From Rickettsiales bacterium (GTDB taxonomy: Bacteria; Pseudomonadota; Alphaproteobacteria; Rs-D84), in the NCBI GenBank assembly GCA_031283185.1, contig JAITCH010000009.1, forward strand, positions 1,190-65,189: a stretch of 64,000 nucleotides of DNA, written 5' to 3'. Of this stretch, positions 28,405 through 37,870 are shown piece by piece. Under the pieces are notes generated by a model. That model saw nothing but the letters and a program-made list of their open reading frames with translations, was not told the origin of the DNA and ran no database searches. The number at the start of each line of letters is the position of its first letter. Positions within the stretch are counted from its first letter, which is position 1. Both the position numbers and the translations under genes were made by a program.

Positions 28405-30006
28405 TTATCTGGTTCTTGTGTTTTGCAAAGCAAAGGAAATTTTTTGCATCGCGTCATCCAAGTTCGAATACTCCGCCTTTTCCGCCCCGGAATTATCATA
28501 ATTCGCGCGAACAATTCCTGCGTATGTTTTTATCCAATTCCAGCTGTCAGCCTGTTTGAACTGCTCCATTTGTCCGCTTTCAATTATATAATCGGCAATC
28601 GCATTATGATTATCGGTCTGCGGATCATTCAATGCAACATTATATGCGCCGCTAACATTCCGCAGATTATAAGGCAGCGACATCACGGCCTTTAACTGCG
28701 CGACTTTTTCGTCTCCGCCAATCTCGCGCACCTTGGGCGCAAGCGCGTCCGCCAAACTAATCGCCTCGCCGCGATAGTCGGACGAAAATTTAGATTCCAT
28801 AGAATATTTTTGCACCAACGAATAAATTTCCTTGTTGTCCCCGCCGGAAAAATTGGTCGCAATAAAATCCTTGGCCGCGCCGGCATAAACAAAGTCGCCA
28901 TACTTATTGATATTCCGCAATGCTTGAATCGGGAACACGCCCATACCATTCACAACCGAAGTCATTTTCTTGGCCAGATGCTCCATAGTCTCGAAAAGTT
29001 CCGGGATGATGTGGCGCACGACTTGGAATGAATTGGAAATGTCCCGTTCGCGCAATGTCAGCGTCGCATCCATAAGTTCCGAATAAAGGCCCTTTATCTT
29101 TCGCGCCGCGCCAATAACATTTTCCAAATTAATCGGATTCTGTTTGAATGTCATAACCGAACTGCCGGTCTGACCCTTGGCAAAACCTTCCTTGACTTCG
29201 GCCAGGTCGCCGGACGAAAGGCACAGGCTGTAAGCCAGATTCTGCACCTTTGAAGCGATAACCGGGAACGGATGGAAAAAGTTCAGCATATCTTCAATCG
29301 GCAAAATCTGCGTGGCGGTTTTGGAAACGCTTTGTTCTAAAATCGCAGCGACCATCGTTTCAAACTGCGGAGATAGCGAGCCGGAATATATCCCGGTCGC
29401 GCCCTTGATCTTGCATTGATTGATTTGATCAATTTCATACGCAAATCTGCTACTTTGTTCGTCAATGCCAACCGCCGCATCCAAAAACCGCTTGCCAATC
29501 GTAATCGGTTCGGCAATTTGCGAATGCGTATATCCATTGCAAGGCGCGTATTTGAATGTTTTCGCCTTTTGCATCAGCGCGTCGCTAAGTTTCCAAAGGC
29601 TTTTTTGCATATCTTTGCCCGCCGCCGTTAGCAGCAGCGATTGCGCGGTGTCTTCGGTGTCGTATGAAGTAATGCCTTGGTGAATAAGGCGGCCATAATT
29701 TTTGCCGGGATTTTGCGCGTCAACTTGTTCGGACATCGCGCGGATGGCGGCGACCAAATCGTGCTTGGTTTCTTTTTCAATTTCTTCTTTGCGCGCGACA
29801 TTCACATCGCCGATAGCCGATAATGCGCGTGCGGCGGCCTCGAATTCCGAGTTGTCTGGTTCGGCACTGGCCTTTGCACGCAGGACGGCGACTTCGGCAT
29901 CGCGCCAAGCGTTCAGGATGTTTTGATCTGAGAATGCATTGGAAGCATTGTTTTTGTATCGTGGATTCAGGGACATAGTTAAGGCCTTTTGGTTATCTCT
30001 CTCCAA
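28405..30006 (-). CDS. Fumarate-lyase superfamily protein (adenylosuccinate lyase-like) with C-terminal extension
   Basis: GSSVMTFKQNPINLEN matches the GSSxMPxKxN lyase signature. ITSYDTEDTA motif. About 80 aa of C-terminal extension beyond typical PurB length. Confidence 0.65.
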   Translation of the reverse strand: MERDNQKALTMSLNPRYKNNASNAFSDQNILNAWRDAEVAVLRAKASAEPDNSEFEAAARALSAIGDVNVARKEEIEKETKHDLVAAIRAMSEQVDAQNPGKNYGRLIHQGITSYDTEDTAQSLLLTAAGKDMQKSLWKLSDALMQKAKTFKYAPCNGYTHSQIAEPITIGKRFLDAAVGIDEQSSRFAYEIDQINQCKIKGATGIYSGSLSPQFETMVAAILEQSVSKTATQILPIEDMLNFFHPFPVIASKVQNLAYSLCLSSGDLAEVKEGFAKGQTGSSVMTFKQNPINLENVIGAARKIKGLYSELMDATLTLRERDISNSFQVVRHIIPELFETMEHLAKKMTSVVNGMGVFPIQALRNINKYGDFVYAGAAKDFIATNFSGGDNKEIYSLVQKYSMESKFSSDYRGEAISLADALAPKVREIGGDEKVAQLKAVMSLPYNLRNVSGAYNVALNDPQTDNHNAIADYIIESGQMEQFKQADSWNWIKTYAGIVRANYDNSGAEKAEYSNLDDAMQKISFALQNTRTR

Positions 30007-30028
30007 ATAGGACGATCAGACGAATGAG

Positions 30029-30095
30029 TGGTGGGAGTGGATGGAGTCGAACCATCTAAGGCAAAAGCCAACAGATTTACAGTCTGCCCCGGCTC
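30029..30095 (-). tRNA. tRNA-Tyr (anticodon GTA), class II with long variable arm
   Basis: The reverse complement gives GGGCGTG...GCAGA-CTGTAAA-TCTGT anticodon stem-loop (anticodon GUA, U33, A37), T-arm GATGGTTCGACTCCATC, and the 3' end CACTCCC-A-CCA. Ends are approximate; one C-U mismatch in the acceptor stem. Confidence 0.75.
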
Positions 30096-30180
30096 TCCGA
30101 CTCCGGCGCACGCCCAATATGTTCGCTTATTCTAAGGGCAAGTCGGGCAAATGTCAATGAAAAGGTAGCGCAGGCGGAAT

Positions 30181-30648
30181 TTACCTTATTGTGCCGCGAA
30201 GCAATCGGCGGGTCATCATCAAAATTCGCCCCAAATTATTCTCGCCCCGCCCTTCGCATACGCCCCAATATGTATCGCCCCAAGTATTGCCCTCGACCAA
30301 TTCTTGCTCACCCGTCGCCAATAACATTTTCGCCAATTCAAGATTCCGACGGAACTTTTGCTGCACCAGATTAATCATAACCGCCATCCGAACATCGTGC
30401 CAATCCGATCGGATTTTAAGGCCTCCATCATCCACAAATTTCTTCGCCCAAAACGGAGTATTAAAAACAAATTGGCGCATATCGACCTCGTTCGCCGCCT
30501 TGGCCGCCTGATACGCATTTTCCACGCAATCAAAATCAAGGCCGTTATACGACACGACCACTTTATGCGGATATAATTCGCCGTTGTTTTTATGAGGATA
30601 AAAGTTCGACAAAAACCGGGTCTGCGGAGTTATAAAATTATCAATCAT
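30181..30648 (-). CDS. NADAR-domain protein (YbiA-like)
   Basis: 155 aa. LSNFYP...VENAYQAAKA...W motifs typical of DUF1768/NADAR. Confidence 0.65.
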   Translation of the reverse strand: MIDNFITPQTRFLSNFYPHKNNGELYPHKVVVSYNGLDFDCVENAYQAAKAANEVDMRQFVFNTPFWAKKFVDDGGLKIRSDWHDVRMAVMINLVQQKFRRNLELAKMLLATGEQELVEGNTWGDTYWGVCEGRGENNLGRILMMTRRLLRGTIR

Positions 30649-31978
30649 TTTTTCTTAAAATATCCTCTGTCTTTTTATATTCAGGCGAATTCGCATCTAA
30701 TTTTTTCTTTGCTCGTTCTGCAAATTTCTTTGCGTCTTTCTTTTTATCATTTGCCCAATAATATTCCGCCATCGCCCAATCTGACAAGCCGTTTTCCTGA
30801 ACCGCCGCATACGCGCGCGCCAGAACGAAATAAAGGAATGGATATTCGCCGCCGCCGGACACCAACGCCTTTTTCAGAATTTTAACTGCGTCCCGCGCAT
30901 CATTTTTCCCCGCGCGTTCCACCATTGCAAGTGCCATTGATCCGCTGATTTGCGGCGAATCCGCGCCAAGTGTCGCAAGCGATTTTTCATATGCCTTTAT
31001 TGCGTCCGAATAATTTCCGCGTTGCGATTCTATGTCGCCGATTAATTCATAAAAATATGGATTTTTTTTATTCGCATCGGAAAGTTCCTTTGCGAGTTTC
31101 AATGAGTCATTTAATTTGTTTCCGCGTAATGCTGATATTGCGAATGCGTATTTTGCAGGATCGCTTTTTCCAGAAGCATACATATCGCGCACCGCTCGTT
31201 CCGGCATTAAATATCCTGCCAGTTTCGCGCGCGCCATCAGATACCGCCGCGTCAAATCTGCATCCAATGCGCCATCTCGCCCGCCGTTTTTTGCGACCCA
31301 TTCTTTTGCGTGCATCAATCGTTCGGTAGTGGTAGGATGGCTGATGTCATTAGTATTTATGCGGCTTTCCAAGTATTGCGTCCGCCCCTGCATAATCTCC
31401 ATCATATCAATAAATCCGCCGAGCGGAAGTCCCGCATCCTTCATAAATTTCATACCCGTTGCATCGGCCAGCCGTTCTTCATCGCGCGAGAATGACATTA
31501 GGTTTTGTTTTGTAACGCCTGCCGCGCCCGCCATTACGCCCATACCCGCTTCGGGATTTGCAACCATAACCGCCGCGCCCAGGGTTTGCATTATGATTGC
31601 GCCGACAATTTCAGTTTTTATACGCGCCATCATTCCGGCATAATGCCCACCGACTATGTGCCCCATTTCGTGCGCGACTACGGCCTGAACGGCATTGGGA
31701 TTTTCAAGATTCATTATAAGTCCGGCATAGACATAAACATCTTCGCCACTGGTCACGAAGGCGTTGAAATCGCTGCCCGACAGGATATGGATGCGAAGCC
31801 GTCCGCGCGGCATTTTCGCAGCCTTTTCGATCGGACGAATAAGGTCGGACATAACGGATTCAATTTCGGTATCGCGTATTTCGCGTGTCGCGCCGAACGA
31901 AGAAAGTGGAGTTAAGAGAATTAAAAAAATGAATAATATCTTTTTCATTATTTCCACTCTTAACTCGGCACTCTCCAC
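30641..31978 (-). CDS. Periplasmic M48-family zinc metallopeptidase with TPR domain (BepA-like)
   Basis: Signal peptide, HEMGH zinc motif (VVAHEMGHIVGGH), C-terminal TPR repeats. Confidence 0.8.
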   Translation of the reverse strand: MESAELRVEIMKKILFIFLILLTPLSSFGATREIRDTEIESVMSDLIRPIEKAAKMPRGRLRIHILSGSDFNAFVTSGEDVYVYAGLIMNLENPNAVQAVVAHEMGHIVGGHYAGMMARIKTEIVGAIIMQTLGAAVMVANPEAGMGVMAGAAGVTKQNLMSFSRDEERLADATGMKFMKDAGLPLGGFIDMMEIMQGRTQYLESRINTNDISHPTTTERLMHAKEWVAKNGGRDGALDADLTRRYLMARAKLAGYLMPERAVRDMYASGKSDPAKYAFAISALRGNKLNDSLKLAKELSDANKKNPYFYELIGDIESQRGNYSDAIKAYEKSLATLGADSPQISGSMALAMVERAGKNDARDAVKILKKALVSGGGEYPFLYFVLARAYAAVQENGLSDWAMAEYYWANDKKKDAKKFAERAKKKLDANSPEYKKTEDILRKND

Positions 31979-31980
31979 TT

Positions 31981-33789
31981 TTAACCAAAGAGTTTTTTAA
32001 TCAAACTTTTCTTTTGTGGCTTGTTGCGGTTGTTGCGATTGCGGCGGCTTGAACGATGCACCGGCGTATCAACAACGACTTTGCGCGCCATCTGCTGTTC
32101 CGGGGATTTCTTACGCGGGGCTTCACGAACCGGCTCGAAACTATGTAGCGCATCATCAGACTTATAATCAAGCGGAACGCTCATAATCTGATATGACGCA
32201 AGCCCGGTCAAGGAATCATCGCCCAACACTACGACATCCACATCAAATTCCGCCTCCATTTTCGACAGGTCTTCGCGTTTTTGATTCAGCATATATATTG
32301 CGACATCGTTTGGAACACTGACGACAATTTTCTTCATCATCTTGGACATCATTTTTTCCTGCAAATGCCGGAAGATTATGACGGCCGCGGTTTGGATGGA
32401 CGGCACAACGCCCGTGCCAGTGCAGTGCGGACATTGCACATAGGAACTTTCGATAACGCTGCTCCTCAGCCGCTGGCGGGATAACATCAAAACGCCAAAG
32501 TTATTAATTTTCGCAACTTGCGTGCGGGCGCGATCGCGTTTCATTAATTCGCGCACACGGGCCTCGATCTTGCGGCGATTTTTTTCTTCTTCCATATCAA
32601 TGAAGTCGATCGCCACGATGCCCGCCATATCGCGCAGACGAAGTTGAATTGCAATTTCTTCGGCTGCTTCCAGGTTGGTGTTCAGCGCGGTTTCTTCAAT
32701 GTTCTTTTCTTTTATCGCGTGGGAAGAGTTCACATCAATCGTGACCATCGCCTCGGTTTGATTGACGACGATGGATCCGCCGGATGGCAAAGCGACTACG
32801 GGCTTATGCAAACCTTCCAATCGCTGTTCAATGTTGACCTTCATAAAGAGCGGCATTTTATCTTCGTATTTTATGATGCGTTCTTTGGGCGCGGTGCCGT
32901 GCATTAATTTGAAGTATTCGGTCGCCTGGTCAAACGCCTCGGAACCTTGGATGGTGAGGGTGTCGCCCTTGTCGGACATAAAGTCGCGGACAACGCGGCG
33001 CAGCAAAGAATCCTCGGTGTGAATAGTTGCTGGCGCGGTAGATTCCAGGGTTTGCTTGCGAATGTCGTTCCATAGACCAGTTAGATATTCGTAGTCTTTT
33101 TCAATCTCGCCTTTTTCTGCGCCCGATGCCGCCGTCCTAAGCACGACGGTCATCCCGCGCGGGATTCGCAAGCCGTGCAGAATGTCGCGGAGTCTTGCGC
33201 GTTCATCCTTGCCGCTGATTTTTTTGGAAATTCCGTAAAGGTTACGCTTGCGCGAATTTGGCATAAATACTGCGAACCGACCCGCCAATGACAGATAGGT
33301 GGTCATAGACGCGCCTTTTTGTCCGCGCTCTTCTTTGACGCCTTGGATCAGCATAATCTGTTTGGGTTTTATGACATCCTGAATTTTATATTCGCGCATC
33401 CGTTTCAGGATTTCTTTGTTGTCTTCGCCAGAGTTCGCATCGTCATATTCCACAAATTCGGAATTTTCCTCGTCCTGGTCGCCGTCATCGTCAATCATAT
33501 TGGCGTGTGCGGCTTCCATAAGGGCTTTCTTGTGATCGGCCTGGATTTGGTAGTAGTCGGGGTGGATTTCGGAAAATGGCAGGAATCCATTTTTCTCCGC
33601 GCCATATTCAACGAAGGCCGCTTGTAATGACGGCTCTACGCGGATGACTTTTGCGAGGTAGATATTGCCCTTTATTTGGGGCTTTGTGGTAGTTTCAACA
33701 TCAAAATCGATTACTTTGTTGTTGTTATCAACGGAGGCTACTCGGATTTCCTCCGGGTGGACAGCGTCCACATAGACTTGCTTTTGCAT
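31981..33789 (-). CDS. rne: Ribonuclease E/G
   Basis: N-terminal S1 domain (IYLAKVIRVEPSLQAAFVEYG), then DNase-I-like catalytic region and a CPHCTGTG zinc link. Short basic C-terminal tail. Confidence 0.85.
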   Translation of the reverse strand: MQKQVYVDAVHPEEIRVASVDNNNKVIDFDVETTTKPQIKGNIYLAKVIRVEPSLQAAFVEYGAEKNGFLPFSEIHPDYYQIQADHKKALMEAAHANMIDDDGDQDEENSEFVEYDDANSGEDNKEILKRMREYKIQDVIKPKQIMLIQGVKEERGQKGASMTTYLSLAGRFAVFMPNSRKRNLYGISKKISGKDERARLRDILHGLRIPRGMTVVLRTAASGAEKGEIEKDYEYLTGLWNDIRKQTLESTAPATIHTEDSLLRRVVRDFMSDKGDTLTIQGSEAFDQATEYFKLMHGTAPKERIIKYEDKMPLFMKVNIEQRLEGLHKPVVALPSGGSIVVNQTEAMVTIDVNSSHAIKEKNIEETALNTNLEAAEEIAIQLRLRDMAGIVAIDFIDMEEEKNRRKIEARVRELMKRDRARTQVAKINNFGVLMLSRQRLRSSVIESSYVQCPHCTGTGVVPSIQTAAVIIFRHLQEKMMSKMMKKIVVSVPNDVAIYMLNQKREDLSKMEAEFDVDVVVLGDDSLTGLASYQIMSVPLDYKSDDALHSFEPVREAPRKKSPEQQMARKVVVDTPVHRSSRRNRNNRNKPQKKSLIKKLFG

Positions 33790-33992
33790 TATTTAATCCT
33801 TTGTATTTAACTGGTTTTTCTTGTGAAGATGGGCTAATAACACGACCGCCTCGGACGATTGTCATTCCGGCGATAAGCGCGATAAATTGCGCCGATGCTA
33901 TATTACAACAGGTCATTTCTGACATTTTGTAGTCCCTTTTGTTCACGGGTTCACAATATCACGGCGAGTTGAAATTGGCAAGTGAAAAATTT

Positions 33993-34580
33993 TTATCTAT
34001 GTTGTCTTGGTTGTATAGACACCATTTGACGGATGAGGTGGTCTATTTCGGCGTTATAGCGTTTATTTCCAAGTTCGGTGTAGTTGTAGATAGTTTGGCG
34101 GGAAACGGCGCGGCGGATAAGTTCGGGCAAGGCTTCATAGAATGCGATTATTGAAGAGTAATGGTTTCCGGTCAGGGCATCGCAGCCGCATTGGACGGCA
34201 AGTTTTGTGTCCATTGTGTTGGCGACGCTCCGCAGGTTTTGGAAATATCCGTCTGGCAACAGCGGGCTAAGGATTTCAACGATGTATGGGTCGAAAAGGT
34301 TGCGACCTTTGTTGCCGGTTTTGACCTTGTCGTGGGTTTTCAGGAAAAGGGTGTTGTATTTGATAGAGGGGTTTATTTTTATGATTTCTTTGTGAATAGC
34401 CCAAAGATTCTTGAATTTTTTGTCTGGATTCAGGTGGATAAGTTCAGCGATAACGGCTTCAAATCGCATCGTCCAGGCGCGATAGCGGTCTTCGCGGTTC
34501 AGCGCGATGATTTTGCTGGTGTCATAGGCGGTAAAGTCCTTGATGTCGATGTCCATACTGGGATTATAGTATAATTCCAA
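33993..34580 (-). CDS. Hypothetical protein
   Basis: 195 aa ORF with no recognisable motif. Confidence 0.4.
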   Translation of the reverse strand: MELYYNPSMDIDIKDFTAYDTSKIIALNREDRYRAWTMRFEAVIAELIHLNPDKKFKNLWAIHKEIIKINPSIKYNTLFLKTHDKVKTGNKGRNLFDPYIVEILSPLLPDGYFQNLRSVANTMDTKLAVQCGCDALTGNHYSSIIAFYEALPELIRRAVSRQTIYNYTELGNKRYNAEIDHLIRQMVSIQPRQHR

Positions 34581-34594
34581 TAATTGTCAACCCA

Positions 34595-34760
34595 TATTAT
34601 CCCTGCCCCCTTGAGGGGCGGGGCGGTCGCCTGTTATGGCGACCGGGGTGGGGGTTAAAAAATGTCGCGGCTTTCGCCGCGACTACTTATTAATTCCCCG
34701 CCAATGGTGGCGGGGTGTCGCGCCGTAGCGAAGCGTAGGCGGACGGGGTGGTTAGACCTT
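34595..34760. repeat. Nested palindromic elements
   Basis: ccctgcccccttgaggggcggggcggtcgcctgttatggcgaccggggtgggggtt; gtcgcggctttcgccgcgac; aattccccgccaatggtggcggggtg...ggggtggtt. Confidence 0.8.
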
Positions 34761-34761
34761 A

Positions 34762-35136
34762 TTACTCCGCCACTGGCTGCGCCTCATCGGCTTCGGCCTC
34801 AACCGCGGCGACTTGTTCAGCAACTGCTGCCGACCCATCAATTTCGCTGTCGAATGCGGAAAGCATTTCTGTATCCGCGGCGACTTTTTCTTCGGTAAAT
34901 TCTTCTGCCGGTGCGGATGTCTTGTAAGACTGCACTAACTCGCGCCGTAATCCTTCAATATCCAACTTCCCGCTTGCGATTTCACGAAGGGCGCGCACGG
35001 TATTGCGATCGCCGCTTGCGGGCAAGACGCTTTCCATTCCGGCATTCAGGTCGCGGACGCGTTGCGCGGCGAGCAGGTTCAGTTCATATTTATTACCGAC
35101 ATATTTCAGGGTATCGCTATTTGTAGTGCGTGCCAT
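34762..35136 (-). CDS. rpoZ: DNA-directed RNA polymerase subunit omega
   Basis: KYELNLLAAQRVRDLNAG core motif. Acidic C-terminal tail. Confidence 0.8.
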   Translation of the reverse strand: MARTTNSDTLKYVGNKYELNLLAAQRVRDLNAGMESVLPASGDRNTVRALREIASGKLDIEGLRRELVQSYKTSAPAEEFTEEKVAADTEMLSAFDSEIDGSAAVAEQVAAVEAEADEAQPVAE

Positions 35137-35189
35137 AATTTTCTTTCCTTTTTGGTGATGTTCCTTATAATGGGATAAAGGTTTAGAAA

Positions 35190-36578
35190 ATGCAAGAAAA
35201 AATAATCGTCAAATCGTTTGGGTGCCGATTGAACACGGCCGAAGGGGAAAAACTGCGAATTGTGGCTGCCCGCGCGGGTCTGACGAGCGCGGTTATTTTT
35301 AATACTTGCGCCGTTACGGCCGAGGCAGAGCGGCAGGCAAAACAAGCGATTCGTAAGACAGCCCGCGAAATGCCGGATATGCCGATATATGTGGTAGGTT
35401 GCGCCGTAGATAATAATTCAGATGAATTCGCCACCCTACCCAATGTCGCCGCCACCATCAAAAACTCCAATAAATTTGATATAGACGCATTTAAGTCCCC
35501 TTCGCTTGTGTCGCGCACAAAAGTCCCCTTCGCTGGCGAAGGGGTGGCACGAAGTGCCGGGGTAGTGGTCAATCGGCCAAATAAAATCCCCCCCCAAAAT
35601 AATAAAGTCATCCCGGGGCTTGACCCCGGGATCTCGCCGAATCATTCTCTTTCCGAATCCATAATCATCCAGTCCTACCCAACTCTCACCAAAGGCTTTG
35701 TGCAAATACAGAACGGCTGCGATCACGCGTGCACATATTGTATAGTGCATAAGTTGCGCGGCAAGTCGCGTAGTTTCCCCTACTCTGCGATTTTGGAACA
35801 AACAAGGCGTTTGGTAGAAAATGGTTATTCTGAAATTGTCCTGACCGGCGTCGACATCGCCAGCTATCAAATAGCGGGTGGGGGTCTCCCGACCCCCACC
35901 CGAACATTTTCTGTGGTTGACCTCATTCGCCAACTCCTAACCGACATCCCCGAAATAAAACGCCTCCGCCTGTCCTCGCTAGACCCGGCAGTGGATTGGA
36001 CGCCCTTATTCCAATTAATGCAAGAAGACTCCCGCGTCCTGCCACATATCCATTTATCAATGCAATCCGGGAGCGATGAGATTTTGCGCCTTATGGCTCG
36101 CCGCCACCGCACCGCAAATTTAATTTCCCCCCAAAATAATAAAGTCATCCCGGTGCTTGACACCGGGATCTCGCCGAATATAACCACCTCCGTCGACATA
36201 ATCTGCGGCTTTCCAGGCGAAACAAAGGAACGATTCGCGGAAACGATTGAAACACTCAAAGCCTTGCGCCCAATAAAGATCCACGCATTTCCATTTTCGC
36301 CGCGCCCCGGAACACCGGCGGCGGACTTCCCCGGCCAAGTCCCACGCGCCACAGCGAAAGAGCGCGTGCGTATATTAAACGACCTCGGCGCGCAGTTTTT
36401 GCACGAATTTATGCAAAGCCGAATCGGTTCAACCGCCCAAGTTCTAATGGAAAATAACAACCTCGGCCGGGATGAACACGACATAGAATGCGCCGTCCCC
36501 GACCTCCCCCACAATACGATTGTTAATGTTGTCCTCACCGACATCCAAAACGGAATATTTATCTGTAAAAAACAATAA
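35190..36578 (+). CDS. Radical-SAM methylthiotransferase (MtaB/MiaB family) carrying three in-frame palindromic-element insertions
   Basis: FGCRLNTAEGE N-domain, radical SAM CDHACTYC, TRAM-like C-terminus. Three inserts read in-frame: KVPFAGEGVARSAGVVVNRPNKIPPQNNKVIPGLDPGISPN, AGGGLPTPTRTF and ISPQNNKVIPVLDTGISPN. Confidence 0.8.
   Translation: MQEKIIVKSFGCRLNTAEGEKLRIVAARAGLTSAVIFNTCAVTAEAERQAKQAIRKTAREMPDMPIYVVGCAVDNNSDEFATLPNVAATIKNSNKFDIDAFKSPSLVSRTKVPFAGEGVARSAGVVVNRPNKIPPQNNKVIPGLDPGISPNHSLSESIIIQSYPTLTKGFVQIQNGCDHACTYCIVHKLRGKSRSFPYSAILEQTRRLVENGYSEIVLTGVDIASYQIAGGGLPTPTRTFSVVDLIRQLLTDIPEIKRLRLSSLDPAVDWTPLFQLMQEDSRVLPHIHLSMQSGSDEILRLMARRHRTANLISPQNNKVIPVLDTGISPNITTSVDIICGFPGETKERFAETIETLKALRPIKIHAFPFSPRPGTPAADFPGQVPRATAKERVRILNDLGAQFLHEFMQSRIGSTAQVLMENNNLGRDEHDIECAVPDLPHNTIVNVVLTDIQNGIFICKKQ
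35500..35640. mobile_element. Palindromic elements inserted in-frame in the methylthiotransferase CDS (insert 1, includes a C8 tract)
   Basis: gtccccttcgctggcgaaggggtggcacgaagtgccggggtagtggtc...atccccccccaaaataataaagtcatcccggggcttgaccccgggatctcgccgaat. Identical units occur intergenically elsewhere. Confidence 0.8.
35872..35912. mobile_element. Terminator-like palindromic element inserted in-frame in the methylthiotransferase CDS (insert 2)
   Basis: gcgggtgggggtctcccgacccccacccgaacattttctg. The same hairpin follows clpB, Slam and other genes. Confidence 0.8.
36118..36182. mobile_element. Palindromic element inserted in-frame in the methylthiotransferase CDS (insert 3)
   Basis: ccccccaaaataataaagtcatcccggtgcttgacaccgggatctcgccgaat, a near-duplicate of the insert-1 tail. 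Confidence 0.8.
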
Positions 36579-36765
36579 ATCCCCCCACTTCCCCGTCATC
36601 CCGGCGAAGGCCGGGATATTTGTATAATGCAAAATAAATTCCCCGCCAATGGTGGCGGGGTGGCGGTGATGTCCCCGCACTTTCCCCTTTACAACTCATA
36701 TCAAAGTGCTATAATACGACAACTTTCCGGGATTTGCGCCCGGAATGACATATTAAAGGAACAAA

Positions 36766-37815
36766 ATGTCTGTCCAGGTCAAACGGCTATTCAAGAAATT
36801 GGTCTCCATTTCCGGCATCGTATTCTTCGCCATCGCAGCGGGAATGCTGTATTGGCAACTATCTAAGTTCTCGCTCTCCGACATATTCCACATTGTTTTC
36901 AACATACCGCTTGATCACTTGCTGATGGCGGGCGCGCTCTGCCTTGCGGGCTATGTGGTGCTGTCATTTTATGATTACCTCGCGCTGCGCTATCTGGGCA
37001 GGATGGTGTCGTGGTGGCGATGGATGCTCGGCGGAATGCTTGGGTTCGCAATCAGCAATAACGCAGGCACGGCCGTCATTTCCGGCGGGTCAATCCGATA
37101 TCGCCTTTATACCCGCTGGCGAATTAAGGCCTCTGAAATCGTCAAGATGATGACATTTATAGGCATTACATATTTCCTTGGCGCGTCCGCTGTGTTGGTG
37201 GGCGGCTATTTCTTTATCCCGCAGGGCTTGTTTGATAGTTCGTCAGTTATCGGACACGGAATTAATGTGCTGATGATATTTTGCGCGACCGCGCTGACGC
37301 TGTGCTATGGCTTTTCGATTTTTTATCGGCGCACAATCCGCGCATTCGGACTCAACTTCAAGATGCCGCATATCAAGATGGCATTGGCGCAGACAGCGAC
37401 CGGCGCGATGGATAGCATCTTGGCAGGACTGGTGCTTTATTCAATTATCTCGGCATTTATAGAAGTTCCATTCGGAACATTTATCGCAGTGTTTTTGGTG
37501 GCGCAGACAACTGGAATTTATAGCCAGGTTCCCGGGGGACTTGGAGTGTTCGAGAGTATTATGGTGGCGGCACTTCCAGCCGGGACAGGAAACGAAGCGA
37601 CAATTTTCGCCAGCCTTATCGCATTCCGCGTGATTTATTATGTTATGCCGTTGTTCTTGTTCGGCGGATTGTTCTTTATATATGAACACGGATTAAAATT
37701 GAGAATGAAGAGATGGGCGGACGAAGCGCGCGCCTTGGCGCATATGGTATCGCATCCGCATATCCATATGCCACATCCGCATATGCCCCACATCCGCAAG
37801 AAAAAACCCGCATAA
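36766..37815 (+). CDS. YbhN/UPF0104-family (MprF flippase-like) membrane protein with His-rich tail
   Basis: Multiple TM helices. C-terminal HMVSHPHIHMPHPHMPHIRKKKP. Confidence 0.55.
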   Translation: MSVQVKRLFKKLVSISGIVFFAIAAGMLYWQLSKFSLSDIFHIVFNIPLDHLLMAGALCLAGYVVLSFYDYLALRYLGRMVSWWRWMLGGMLGFAISNNAGTAVISGGSIRYRLYTRWRIKASEIVKMMTFIGITYFLGASAVLVGGYFFIPQGLFDSSSVIGHGINVLMIFCATALTLCYGFSIFYRRTIRAFGLNFKMPHIKMALAQTATGAMDSILAGLVLYSIISAFIEVPFGTFIAVFLVAQTTGIYSQVPGGLGVFESIMVAALPAGTGNEATIFASLIAFRVIYYVMPLFLFGGLFFIYEHGLKLRMKRWADEARALAHMVSHPHIHMPHPHMPHIRKKKPA

Positions 37816-37870
37816 AGTCCCCTTCGCTGGCAAAGGGGTGCCCGGCTCCGCCGGGCGGGGTAGTGGCAAT

